Numbered from the stretch's first letter, positions 21,334-30,350 are shown. The stretch: 64,000 bases of DNA from an uncultured Actinomycetota bacterium (GCA_963829525.1 CAWHIJ010000003.1:1152001-1216000), one strand, 5' to 3'. Program-made: numbers and translations. Notes: a model not told the origin generated them from the letters alone.

Positions 21334-22980
21334 TCACAGCCTCGTCGACGTAGGAAGAGAGACGGCAGTCACATCCAGCTGACCGAGCTCCTCCAGGTGG
21401 TCCTGTGCTTCTGTCTCACCGTTGCGCGAGCGCTCCCAGACCACGTGGGCGCCCCCGGCCTGCAGCGTCAATGTGCACAGGTTGTTGTTCCACCACGGTC
21501 CACGCTTGACCTGCCACTGCCATGCCGGTTCGGGGACGCCGGCCTTGCGGCGCAGTAAGCGGGCGACCCCGGTGAGTGGCTTCCAGAATGCGACGACGTT
21601 GATGAAGCGCATGACACCGCCCAGCGGATTTCGCATTGGCGACGACACGAGCTGCCACACCTGGGACTTGGCGCCATCGACGTCTGCCTGGGCGGCATAC
21701 CCGTAGTGCACGTCACCGGAAAGGAACAGGATCGTGCGGGGGGCCGGGCCTCGCTCACCACGGGCCACGGCGGTCAGGTGGTCGGCCAGCGCAGTGAACG
21801 ATCGGTGAAACGACGCCCAGTGCTCAAGGTCGAGGTTCTGACGAATGTACTCGCCCCAACGGCTCCACCTGGCACCCCATGCGCCGCCGGCGACGGCCTC
21901 ATCCCAGGCCTCGATGTCATGCAGCGGCACCGGCAGGAGGTACGGCAGCGACGAGCCGATGAGCAGGTGGTCCACCCCGCCCGTTGCGTGGTCGACGAGC
22001 CAGTCCCACTCGTCGGCGTCAAGCATGGCCCGCTGCGATGGTTCGGTGACCCGTCCGGCTCTGGTGTCGACTACCACGAGACGCGTCGAGCCCAGGTCTC
22101 TGGCGAACGTCCAGCGGTGTCCGCGCGGGTGCCGGTCGGCCTCCAGCGCGTAGTCGTCGAGCAGCTTGCCGCTATCGCCTGGATGCGCCTGCAGGGCCTG
22201 CAGTAAGGGATCAGTGCTCAGCTCGTCGGGGTGCAGGTTGCCGATGTACTGGTAGACCCACACCGAGCCGAGCGCGCCGGCAATGCGTCGGGGCCACCAC
22301 GGCTGCGACGTCGACTTGTCTCGCCACGCCTGCGAGGTGTTCCAGTCATCGCGGACGTCGTGGTCGTCGAACCCCATGACTACTGGCACCGTGGAAAGCA
22401 ACCAGCGCAGTGTCGGCTCAGACCAGGCAAGCCTGTAGAGCCGCGCGTACTCCTCGTAGTCCGCTGCCTCCCCCTTCGGCGGACGCGCTTCGTCGCTATC
22501 GACACAGACGAACGACGCCACGGAGCCGACAACCTCATCGGCGTAGATCTGGTCACCTGCGAGGTAGATCAGATCCGGAAGGGCATCGGCGTCGACCATG
22601 CCACGGTTGGCCAGAGCGTGGAGGACATCGACCCCGTGTGTTTTGCTGTGGTCTTCGTCCGGCGGAAGGGTGATCCGACAAGACCCGAAACTGATACGTA
22701 CCGGGTCATCGGCCTGACGAGTTCGGATCCTGCTCGCCGGCAAGTCCAGGGCGGGATCGGGCCACACCAGGTCGTCGTCGAGGTGCACCTGATACTCCGG
22801 GTTGGGTGTGAGCCCGTCCAGGTCAACGTGCACGAGCGCATAGTGTCGGCCGTGCACCGTGAACGTCGTCGACGACGAGCCGAGCACACTCACCTGGCAT
22901 GGCTGACCGGTCTCCACCCAAACGGTTGCCTGGCTCGCGTCGGCGTAACGCAGCATCGGGCCGAGAACAAGCTCGGCCAT
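21334..22980 (-). CDS. PhoD-like (alkaline phosphatase D) metallophosphatase
   Basis: FGSC, GDQIYAD, FDDHD, LSGDVH. Confidence 0.9.
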   Translation of the reverse strand: MAELVLGPMLRYADASQATVWVETGQPCQVSVLGSSSTTFTVHGRHYALVHVDLDGLTPNPEYQVHLDDDLVWPDPALDLPASRIRTRQADDPVRISFGSCRITLPPDEDHSKTHGVDVLHALANRGMVDADALPDLIYLAGDQIYADEVVGSVASFVCVDSDEARPPKGEAADYEEYARLYRLAWSEPTLRWLLSTVPVVMGFDDHDVRDDWNTSQAWRDKSTSQPWWPRRIAGALGSVWVYQYIGNLHPDELSTDPLLQALQAHPGDSGKLLDDYALEADRHPRGHRWTFARDLGSTRLVVVDTRAGRVTEPSQRAMLDADEWDWLVDHATGGVDHLLIGSSLPYLLPVPLHDIEAWDEAVAGGAWGARWSRWGEYIRQNLDLEHWASFHRSFTALADHLTAVARGERGPAPRTILFLSGDVHYGYAAQADVDGAKSQVWQLVSSPMRNPLGGVMRFINVVAFWKPLTGVARLLRRKAGVPEPAWQWQVKRGPWWNNNLCTLTLQAGGAHVVWERSRNGETEAQDHLEELGQLDVTAVSLPTSTRL

Positions 22981-23801
22981 CAGACCCGCCGGTACCGGGA
23001 CTCAGCCAGCGAGTAAAGCCCGAAAGCGATCAGCCCGAGTGCAACGGCGACGAGTAAGCCAACGCCTAACGGCGCGTCAGCCAAAGACGAGAGCGCGACA
23101 TCAAGCCCGTCGGTCTCACTGGGTGCCGTCTGCACGGCACCGTAGACCACGAACCCGCCCGCGAGCGCGAACACAACGCCCCGGGCGACGTAGCCGACCC
23201 GGCCAAGCTTCACCAGCAGGTCGCGGGGGTGTCCCGTGGCCTTGCTGCTGTCGAGATACTTGGCAAAGTCACGTGTCCAGCCTTGGAACACCATCGCCAA
23301 ACCGCATACGACGATGATCAGCCCGATCGCACCGATCAGGAACGGTCCCCACGATTGCTGCATCACAGTCTTGGTCAGTTGCGTTGAGCTGCCCGAACTG
23401 CTGTGCAGGGCGATACCGGCAGCGGAAATGGCGAAGGCCAGGTAGATGACGCCCTTGACGGCGTCGATGACGCGGTAGGTGCCGAGTTTGTCGCGGTCTG
23501 GTCCGTCGACCTGACCGGTGATCGCTTGCAGCAGCCGCCACAGGCCGTAGCCCGCCAAACCAAGAGCCAGCGCCCACAGCAGCACCTGGCCAAAGCTCTG
23601 CTTACCCAAGTAGGTGAAGGCGCCCTGCTGATCGGCCTCAGGGTTTCCTGACCCACTGGCGATCTTCAACGCCAGGAAGCCAATGATCATGTAGACAAAC
23701 CCTCGAGCGACGAACCCGAGGCGAGCGAGTCGCTCCATCCACGGGCTGTTGGCTGCGCTTTGGGTGGCGGACTTCATAGTGTGCTGGGCACCGGTGGTCA
23801 T
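22980..23801 (-). CDS. DUF1206 membrane protein
   Basis: LARLGFVARG and GYVARG repeated TM units. Confidence 0.88.
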   Translation of the reverse strand: MTTGAQHTMKSATQSAANSPWMERLARLGFVARGFVYMIIGFLALKIASGSGNPEADQQGAFTYLGKQSFGQVLLWALALGLAGYGLWRLLQAITGQVDGPDRDKLGTYRVIDAVKGVIYLAFAISAAGIALHSSSGSSTQLTKTVMQQSWGPFLIGAIGLIIVVCGLAMVFQGWTRDFAKYLDSSKATGHPRDLLVKLGRVGYVARGVVFALAGGFVVYGAVQTAPSETDGLDVALSSLADAPLGVGLLVAVALGLIAFGLYSLAESRYRRV

Positions 23802-23825
23802 CGAGCCTCCTTGATCACCGCGCCT

Positions 23826-23851
23826 TTACCCCAACGGGCTTCAGACCAAAC
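23826..23851 (-). promoter_or_regulatory. SigF/SigB-type promoter for DUF1206-phoD-HAD operon
   Basis: GTTT-N16-GGGTAA. Confidence 0.7.
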
Positions 23852-23878
23852 CATGCGGATGCGGCTTCTGGAAGTCGG

Positions 23879-23904
23879 GTTTGCGAAGCCGGTCATTCGG
23901 GTAG
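23879..23904 (+). promoter_or_regulatory. Divergent SigF/SigB-type promoter
   Basis: GTTT-N16-GGGTAG, 9 nt before GTG at 23914. Confidence 0.68.
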
Positions 23905-23913
23905 GGCTCTGGC

Positions 23914-24020
23914 GTGCACTCTCCCCCGCCTGACGACGACGTCGATCCGACACTGGTTCAACTCAAGCCCGAGAAGCACGCCGCTGCTGGGATGCCTGCC
24001 GTGGCCGTGGCTCTGCAGGG
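23914..24020 (+). pseudogene. N-terminal remnant resembling FdhF/YdeP-family molybdopterin oxidoreductase
   Basis: PPPDDDVDPTLVQLKPEKHAAAGMPAVAVAL, then similarity stops. Confidence 0.55.
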
Positions 24021-24026
24021 ACGTAA

Positions 24027-24251
24027 TTGCGGACGGCTGGACCTATCCATGTTGGTGAGGCGCAGATCGATATCAGCCTGCGGCCGGCTGTTGATGGGGG
24101 CACCGAGATCGTCATTGTTGAGGACGCCACGGGTGGACCGGGGCGGTGGCTGGTCCCTGGCCGTGCGCGACAGGCCCTGATCAAGAAGCGAAACATCGAG
24201 ACGCTGCGCCGTCTGGCGTACCTCGCCGAACAGAGCCCTTCTCCGAGCTGA
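24027..24251 (+). pseudogene. C-terminal remnant resembling an SRPBCC-family protein
   Basis: GEAQIDISLRP...IVEDATGGPG...RNIETLRRLAYLAE; no convincing start. Confidence 0.6.
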
Positions 24252-24272
24252 CGAAATCGGTAGGCTTCCGGC

Positions 24273-25658
24273 TCAGCTAGGCAGCTGAGCCAGGAGGCCT
24301 TCGTACGCCGGGAACAGCGCTTCACTCACTGCTGGGAACGGCTGGATCGTGTCGACGAGCGTGGCGACCGAAACTTCCGCTCGTATGGCGAGAGTCACCT
24401 GCGCGATCCACTCGTCGGCTCGCGGGCCAATGGCGGAAGCGCCTATCAACGTGCCCCGTTCAGCGTCCGCGGTGAGCACGACCACACCCCCCTGCGACTC
24501 GAGCCATCCACGAGCCGTCGCTCCGACGTCCACGGAGGCTTGGATGACGGAGCGGCCCTTCTCGCGCGCCTGGCTCGCCGACATCCCCACGCCGGCAACG
24601 GGTGGATCGATGAACACCCCACGCGGCACGGCATCCAAGTGCATGTGGGAAGACTGCCCGAGCACGTTCGCGGCAACGACTCGTCCGGCGTAGTTAGCGG
24701 TGTGGGTGAAGGGAAACCGGCCCGTCACATCGCCAGCGGCAAACACGTTGCGGTGACCCACGACACGAGCATCGTCTCCGGTGGGGATAGCCCCCGATGA
24801 GACATCGATTCGGAGGTTCTCGATGCCGTAACCCGTAAGGCGAGGGCGCCGGCCGGTGGCCACAAGCAGGCGGTCGGCCGTCAGCGTTGTTCCGTCTTCG
24901 AGGTGGAGGGTGCTCTGCGGCCCCTGCCTGGTTGCGCATGCCACGCCTACGCCGACGCTGACGACGACCCCGGTCTCGGCCAGGACGCCGGTAACTGCCG
25001 CCGACACCTGCGGTTCCTCCAGCGCGAGCAGGCGGTCCAACGCCTCGACGATGGTGACCCGTACGCCGAACGTCGAGTAGACCTGGGCGAGCTCGACCCC
25101 AATCGCACCACCTCCAAGTATGAGCAGAGACTGTGGCAGTTCATCGCTCGTCAGGGCATCTTCGCTGGTCCACGGTTGGATCTCCGCCAGACCAGGGATG
25201 GGGGGTACCACGGCGTCAGCGCCAACGCTGATCAGGAGGTTTTCGTAGTGGAGTTCTTGGTCGCCGACCGACACGAGGCCGGGGGAGACGATGTGGCCTT
25301 CACCGCGGACGATTTCGACACCCACGGCCTTCAGGTCTTCTGCTGTCTCCGCGTCGTCGAGGTGCTTGACGCGCTCATCTCGTAGCCGCGCGGCCTGACG
25401 CCATGCGACAACTGGGTCGCCGAGGTCAAGAGCTGCACCGATCGCTCCTAGCTCGTGTGCCGCGCCCGCCTGCCGGCGGCGCGAGGCGGCGATCAGCAGC
25501 GCCTTGCTCGGCACACAACCCCAGTAGGGACACTCTCCGCCGACCAGCCGGGACTCGACGAGCGCAACCGTGCGTCCCGCGGATGCGACACGGGCCGCTG
25601 CCGTCTCGCCTGCTGAACCGCCCCCCAGCACGATCAGGGCGTATGGCGGTCGGGCTAT
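24273..25658 (-). CDS. Pyridine nucleotide-disulfide oxidoreductase (class I, Lpd/MerA-like)
   Basis: VLGGGSAG, GGECPYWGCVPSK, GGGAIGVE, AAGDV; apparent ATA start. Confidence 0.88.
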   Translation of the reverse strand: MARPPYALIVLGGGSAGETAAARVASAGRTVALVESRLVGGECPYWGCVPSKALLIAASRRRQAGAAHELGAIGAALDLGDPVVAWRQAARLRDERVKHLDDAETAEDLKAVGVEIVRGEGHIVSPGLVSVGDQELHYENLLISVGADAVVPPIPGLAEIQPWTSEDALTSDELPQSLLILGGGAIGVELAQVYSTFGVRVTIVEALDRLLALEEPQVSAAVTGVLAETGVVVSVGVGVACATRQGPQSTLHLEDGTTLTADRLLVATGRRPRLTGYGIENLRIDVSSGAIPTGDDARVVGHRNVFAAGDVTGRFPFTHTANYAGRVVAANVLGQSSHMHLDAVPRGVFIDPPVAGVGMSASQAREKGRSVIQASVDVGATARGWLESQGGVVVLTADAERGTLIGASAIGPRADEWIAQVTLAIRAEVSVATLVDTIQPFPAVSEALFPAYEGLLAQLPS

Positions 25659-25843
25659 GCCACACCTCGAACGTCGGCCTCGATCTGGCTTGCGACGTCG
25701 AAGGCCTCGATGCAGGCGGCACCGCAGGTGGTGCAGGCCCACTCGCGAGGGGTCTGATCTGCGCCTCCGACAACCACCTCGAAGAGAGAATCCTTGCGGC
25801 AGTCGTGGCACCAGAACACGACCACCTCGGCACTTTCGAGCAT
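25655..25843 (-). CDS. Small zinc-ribbon protein, 62 aa
   Basis: AGGAGG RBS; CHDC...WACTTCG. Confidence 0.72.
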   Translation of the reverse strand: MLESAEVVVFWCHDCRKDSLFEVVVGGADQTPREWACTTCGAACIEAFDVASQIEADVRGVA

Positions 25844-25925
25844 GGCTGGGCCTCCTTGCGACGTCTCTGACTGGAACACGTCCCACGCTGGCACGAGGGT
25901 CTGACAGGTCCTGGGATATGGCCCG

Positions 25926-25951
25926 GTGTGTCGCGCGAGAAAAAAGGGTAA
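25926..25951 (+). promoter_or_regulatory. SigF/SigB-type promoter for ku (imperfect -35)
   Basis: GTGT-N16-GGGTAA. Confidence 0.5.
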
Positions 25952-26032
25952 GACCCCCGAAATGGACCGATTTTGGTTGCAGTAGGCCATCATGGGATGG
26001 CTGCCGCCCAACCCCACACCTGGGAGCACCCG

Positions 26033-26977
26033 ATGCAGACTGTCTGGAAAGGCTCTATTGCCTTCGGCATGGTCTCGATCCCCGTTCGGCTTGTCTCGGC
26101 TACTGAGGAAAAGGACGTCTCCCTCCGGCAGGTTCATGAGACAGATGGCGGGCGCATCAAGTACAAGCGCTTCTGCTCGGTGGACGGCGAAGAAGTTCCG
26201 TACGGACAGATCGCCAAGGGCTACGAGCTCGAGGACGAGAACATGGTGGTCCTCACCGACAAGGACCTGGCGAATCTGCCTATCGCGTCAACAAAGTCGG
26301 TCGAGGTGGTCAGCTTTGCTGACCAGGACGAGATCAACCCGGTCTCCTTGTCCAAGGCGTACTACGCCGAGCCAACAGGAGACGCCAAACCGTACGTGTT
26401 GCTGCACGACTCGCTGGTCGCCACCGGCAAGGTGGCGATCGTCAAGCTGGCTCTCCGCCAGCGCGAGCGTCTCGCGACCATCCGTGCGCAGGACGGTCTG
26501 CTGGTCGTCCAGACGATGCTGTGGCCTGACGAAGTGCGCAAGGCGCACTTCCCTTTCATGACTGAAGAGGTTGACGTGCGGCCCCAAGAGCTGGATATGG
26601 CGTCGATGTTCGTCAACGCCTTTGACCAGGGCTTCGACCCGAGCCAGTTCCACGACCGCTACCGGGAGGTACTCCGCGAGCTGGTAGACGCCAAGATCGC
26701 TGGGCACGAGATCTCACGGCCGACCGAGGCTGCCCCGGAGTCGAACGTGATCGACCTCATGGAGGCTCTGCGCGCCAGCGTCGCGGCAACTGAGGGCAAG
26801 CAACCTAAGAAGACACAGGTCGCCAAGACGACGACCAAAGCACCTGCGAAGAAGACTGCTGCAAAGAAGGTGGCTAAACAGGCGACGGCCAAGAAGGTGA
26901 CGAAGAAGGCACCCGCGAAGAAGACAACGGCCAAGAAGTCGACGAAGAAGACGGCGGCACGTCGCAAGAGCGCTTAA
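26033..26977 (+). CDS. ku: NHEJ DNA end-binding protein Ku with Lys/Ala-rich tail
   Basis: WKGSIAFGMVSIPVRL, KGYE, VIDLMEALRASV, AKKTAAKK repeats. Confidence 0.96.
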   Translation: MQTVWKGSIAFGMVSIPVRLVSATEEKDVSLRQVHETDGGRIKYKRFCSVDGEEVPYGQIAKGYELEDENMVVLTDKDLANLPIASTKSVEVVSFADQDEINPVSLSKAYYAEPTGDAKPYVLLHDSLVATGKVAIVKLALRQRERLATIRAQDGLLVVQTMLWPDEVRKAHFPFMTEEVDVRPQELDMASMFVNAFDQGFDPSQFHDRYREVLRELVDAKIAGHEISRPTEAAPESNVIDLMEALRASVAATEGKQPKKTQVAKTTTKAPAKKTAAKKVAKQATAKKVTKKAPAKKTTAKKSTKKTAARRKSA

Positions 26978-26980
26978 GCC

Positions 26981-27841
26981 CTACAGCAACACCGCCAGTG
27001 GATCCGGCTGGTCGAGGCGCTCAACCACGTCCGCCATGAGCAGATGACGCAGCCCTGAGTCTGAGACCTCGTCCCAACGCCGGGGCGCGGCTACGAACGG
27101 TCGGGCGCGCCCCCGAAGCGAGTAAGGCGTGATCGTGGTCTTCGAAGGGTTGTTCTGCGACCAGTCGATGAGCACCTTTCCGCCCCGCTCGGCCTTACTC
27201 ATGGACGCCGTGGCAAGGCTCGGAAATGCCTCGACGGCTGAGTCGGCGAGGGTCCGCGCGTACTCGCTGGTGCTCTGCGATTGATCCGACGCCCGCCAGC
27301 GCGCATAGATGTGGATGCCCTTGCTTCCGCTCGTGACCGGCACGCTTTGTCGACCCTCGGAATCAAGCCTTGTCTTCATCCAGAGCGCGATCTCGGCACA
27401 TTGCGCAAGGCCGGTCCGTGGTCCCGGGTCGAGGTCGAGCACCAGCCGGTCGACGCGCTGACGGCGACTGTGCCAACGCCACTGAGGAACGTGTAGCTCA
27501 AGTGCATTCTGCTGCGCAAACCAGGCGAGTGTCGCCGGTTCGTGCGCGAGGGGGTAGGTGATCGTGCCGTCGGAGTGAGTGAGGTCGAGGGTTTCGATCC
27601 AGTCGGGTGCACCCTTGGGTAGCTGTTTCTCGAAGAACTTCGGCTGGTCGACGCCCCCCGGCCATCGGATTCGCGTGACGGGACGGCGTTGTAGATGCGG
27701 CAGCATGCGCTCGGCCATGTGTACGTAGTAACCGATGACGGCTGCCTTCGTGACACCGTCATCGACGTAGACCACGCGATCAGGATGGGTGATTCGCAGC
27801 GTTCGTTTCCCGACAACCACGGATCCGGTTCTCTCATCCAT
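26981..27841 (-). CDS. LigD primase-polymerase domain protein (stand-alone)
   Basis: RWPGG, FFEK, LDLDPG, TSGSKGIH, IDWSQN, PYSLR. Confidence 0.92.
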   Translation of the reverse strand: MDERTGSVVVGKRTLRITHPDRVVYVDDGVTKAAVIGYYVHMAERMLPHLQRRPVTRIRWPGGVDQPKFFEKQLPKGAPDWIETLDLTHSDGTITYPLAHEPATLAWFAQQNALELHVPQWRWHSRRQRVDRLVLDLDPGPRTGLAQCAEIALWMKTRLDSEGRQSVPVTSGSKGIHIYARWRASDQSQSTSEYARTLADSAVEAFPSLATASMSKAERGGKVLIDWSQNNPSKTTITPYSLRGRARPFVAAPRRWDEVSDSGLRHLLMADVVERLDQPDPLAVLL

Positions 27842-27867
27842 GGCGTGATTGTCCACCCGGCGTTCGT

Positions 27868-28065
27868 CTAGTGCAGCGCCCCGGCGAGCAGAGCCGTCGT
27901 CCTCGGTCGGTATACGTGCGGAACCAACTCTGCTACCAAGCGTGGTTGGACCAACTCGACGGGTCCTCCGCCGTCCTGCGCCAGTGACGCGACCAACGGA
28001 AGGACCGCGTTTCTCACCACCCTCGCCAGCGCCCTTCCTGGCGCGTTTCTTGGTATGGCATTCAT
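27868..28065 (-). CDS. Putative leaderless 65-aa hypothetical protein
   Basis: ATG 9 nt downstream of SigF-type -10; ends 26 nt before polymerase gene. Confidence 0.45.
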   Translation of the reverse strand: MNAIPRNAPGRALARVVRNAVLPLVASLAQDGGGPVELVQPRLVAELVPHVYRPRTTALLAGALH

Positions 28066-28074
28066 ATTCGAGAT

Positions 28075-28099
28075 CTACCCGAGGCATCAATCTCGAAAC
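28075..28099 (-). promoter_or_regulatory. SigF/SigB-type promoter
   Basis: GTTT-N15-GGGTAG. Confidence 0.68.
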
Positions 28100-28190
28100 A
28101 TCCTCAGGAAGCAGGATTACCCCTGCCAAAACTCGGGGATAAGTGGGTCGTGGTGAGTCGCCACAATGTCATTTCTCGAGGAGAGGTTCG

Positions 28191-28385
28191 ATGGACTCAA
28201 ACGAGCGAGATGTCGACCACGAAGATGACGGACGCGATCCCGCTGACCGTCCGGAGCCATCGATGACGGCGGCCTCGGACAAGGCTGGAGCGCCCGTCGA
28301 CCGACGCGCTGCCAACGCTGGGGGCGAAATGAGTGAGACGACCCGATCTCGGGATCCTGATCTCGATGACGAGGATGGCGCTTGA
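28191..28385 (+). CDS. Small acidic hydrophilic hypothetical protein
   Basis: GAGGAGAGG RBS; D/E-rich 64 aa. Confidence 0.55.
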   Translation: MDSNERDVDHEDDGRDPADRPEPSMTAASDKAGAPVDRRAANAGGEMSETTRSRDPDLDDEDGA

Positions 28386-28404
28386 CTAGCCAACCCAGAC
28401 GACA

Positions 28405-28689
28405 TCAGCCCGCTACGTCGTCCCCGGCAAGAACCTCGTCCAGGCGCTGCGCGACCTCTACGTCGCCCGGATCCCCTGCACCCGATACGGGCAGTCGGAT
28501 ATCGAGCCGCCCCCCATCCGGTATGACATCGACCTCGCGACCGGCTGACCTCGCGGTAGAACGCAGGCGCTCCTCGAGGCTCTCTGCGTCAAGGCCTGAC
28601 GCTTCGATGTCACGGCGGAAACCATCTTCGGTGGCCTGCCAGCCAGGGGGAGGCTCCGAACCCCGGGGTGTAAGTCGGTCTTCGGTCAT
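28405..28689 (-). CDS. Hypothetical protein with pterin-4a-carbinolamine dehydratase-like pattern
   Basis: PGWQ...RR...DVEVAQRLDEVL; GAGG RBS; lacks HHP motif. Confidence 0.6.
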   Translation of the reverse strand: MTEDRLTPRGSEPPPGWQATEDGFRRDIEASGLDAESLEERLRSTARSAGREVDVIPDGGRLDIRLPVSGAGDPGDVEVAQRLDEVLAGDDVAG

Positions 28690-28789
28690 GACCTAGTTCC
28701 TCTCGTGAGGTTCTTCATGGATTTTCGAGACGAAAGGCACGGCTGCCCTTGCGGGCGCGCCGCGCCTCCCGTCTGGTTGCGACGTGTCT

Positions 28790-29266
28790 CTACTGGTTGG
28801 GTGCGACAGCCTCGTTGGCTTTGTCCACCAGTGGCTGCGCCTGCTCTTTGGCCCTCTCAATGAGCGGCTGCACTTGGTCAATGGCGCGATCCTCGAGCTG
28901 CGCCATCTTCTGCTTTTCACTGTTGCTCACAGGAAGAAGCCCACCGATGAGCCAGCCCACTCCGACAGCAATAGCTCCGGCAGCCAAGGGATTGCCTTGA
29001 GTCGAGGTGCGAACGCTTGAGCTCATGTCAGATCCGGTGGAACCGATGGAGTCTGGAATGCCCATGATGTTGTTGCGCATGTTGGCGAGCGAGGACTGCA
29101 CACTTGCGCGCTGGCGGGCCATGACCCGGCTCGGATTGACTCGTTCATTGAGCTCGGACACATTGCGCTGCAGGTCGCCTCGGGTGCGCTCCATGTCGGC
29201 ACGAACCTCTTCCGGGGTTCGGTCTCCAGTAGTTCTCGATTGGTCTTGCTGCGTAGCTGTCTGCAT
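28790..29266 (-). CDS. DUF3618 domain protein
   Basis: PEEVRADMERTRGDL...VNPSR, NPLAAGAIAVGVGWLIG. Confidence 0.85.
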   Translation of the reverse strand: MQTATQQDQSRTTGDRTPEEVRADMERTRGDLQRNVSELNERVNPSRVMARQRASVQSSLANMRNNIMGIPDSIGSTGSDMSSSVRTSTQGNPLAAGAIAVGVGWLIGGLLPVSNSEKQKMAQLEDRAIDQVQPLIERAKEQAQPLVDKANEAVAPNQ

Positions 29267-29694
29267 TAGATTCCTTCCTTAATGGTCTGAATGGTCTGAT
29301 GGGGCACTGGATCGATGTCCTTCATCCGGTTGCGCGCGACAGCGAACATCACTGCTGCCGTGAGAGCCCAGATAACGCCGGCGATGAGGGCAGTCCAGCC
29401 GAGGCTGATGTCCAGCCATTCGGACACTCCGAACACCAGGGCGAGGGTCAAGAACGTGGCGGCAATGTGTGCCCCCGCTCCAGCGCCACCGAACAGTCCG
29501 GCGGCCTTGCCAGCCTTGGTGGTCTCCTTCTTGAGCTCTACTGTCGCTAGCTCAAGTTCTTGCCGGACGAGCTGCGCGAGGTCCGAGGCGATGTTGCCGA
29601 CGATGCCGGCAACCCCATTTGCTCCCGACGAAGTCGAAACCCCACTGTCGGCAGTGCGCCTGTCTGTGGTCGATGTAACTACTGGCCCAGTCAT
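29266..29694 (-). CDS. Actinobacterial holin-X (DUF1469) family membrane protein
   Basis: LVRQELELATVE, 2 TM, PHQTIQTIKE. Confidence 0.85.
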   Translation of the reverse strand: MTGPVVTSTTDRRTADSGVSTSSGANGVAGIVGNIASDLAQLVRQELELATVELKKETTKAGKAAGLFGGAGAGAHIAATFLTLALVFGVSEWLDISLGWTALIAGVIWALTAAVMFAVARNRMKDIDPVPHQTIQTIKEGI

Positions 29695-30197
29695 ACGGCG
29701 TACACCCCGGCGATGCCTGGGTTGCCGCCGCTCGGAGGCGTGTAGGCGCCGTTCTCTGAGCTAGCTGAACCGGTCGTTGCGAGTTCTGTCTCTTGTGACG
29801 CCGCCGCAGCGGTGCGGGTAAGGCGTCCAAGGACCCCGCCAACTACGACTGCACCAGCGAGAAAAGCTACCGGGTGACTGCGTGCGTAACCGCGTGCGTC
29901 GCTGAACAGCTGCTGGGGGTCGCGGCTCTCCACATACGACAGAACCTGGTCACCACGGTCGGCGACCTGGCCCATCAAGGATGTTGCGGGACCTTGGCTC
30001 GGTGAGCTGGTCTGCATCTCACGAAGCTCGTCGGAGAAGGAACGCAGACTCTGGGTGAACTTGTCTCGTTCGGTGGTTAAGCGGTCCGTCGCACTGGACT
30101 TGAGTTGCGTGAGGTCGAAGCTGGGTGCGGCTGCGCCAGGTGCGCTCGAGTTATCAGTCAGGTCGATGCCTGAGCTCGGATACATGGTGTCGGTCAC
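29691..30197 (-). CDS. Conserved hypothetical protein (first gene of DUF1469/DUF3618 operon)
   Basis: YARSHPVAFLAGAVVVGGVLGRL; GGAGAG RBS. Confidence 0.75.
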   Translation of the reverse strand: MTDTMYPSSGIDLTDNSSAPGAAAPSFDLTQLKSSATDRLTTERDKFTQSLRSFSDELREMQTSSPSQGPATSLMGQVADRGDQVLSYVESRDPQQLFSDARGYARSHPVAFLAGAVVVGGVLGRLTRTAAAASQETELATTGSASSENGAYTPPSGGNPGIAGVYAV

Positions 30198-30251
30198 GGG
30201 GAATCTCTCCTGGTAGTCGGTGGACGTTCGGTACTGCCCGATGAGTTGTCG

Positions 30252-30276
30252 TTACCCCTCGGTACCGGCTCCAAAC
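30252..30276 (-). promoter_or_regulatory. SigF/SigB-type promoter
   Basis: GTTT-N15-GGGTAA. Confidence 0.7.
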
Positions 30277-30350
30277 TCACGCGTGTGCTCGCCACATCCA
30301 ATGGTGAGGAGGCTCACAGGAAGATGGCACGGGCACCGACCTCAGGCACT

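Noticed and set aside
24273-25658. Mercuric reductase MerA
   Set aside because: No C-terminal Cys-Cys pair, no NmerA domain and no mer genes.
26800-26975. Short repeated units as a CRISPR or DNA repeat array
   Set aside because: They encode the AKK-rich Ku tail; there is no constant repeat-spacer structure.
29266-29694. Holin-family gene as sign of a prophage
   Set aside because: This family sits in a common chromosomal stress operon with DUF3618, and no phage genes are nearby.
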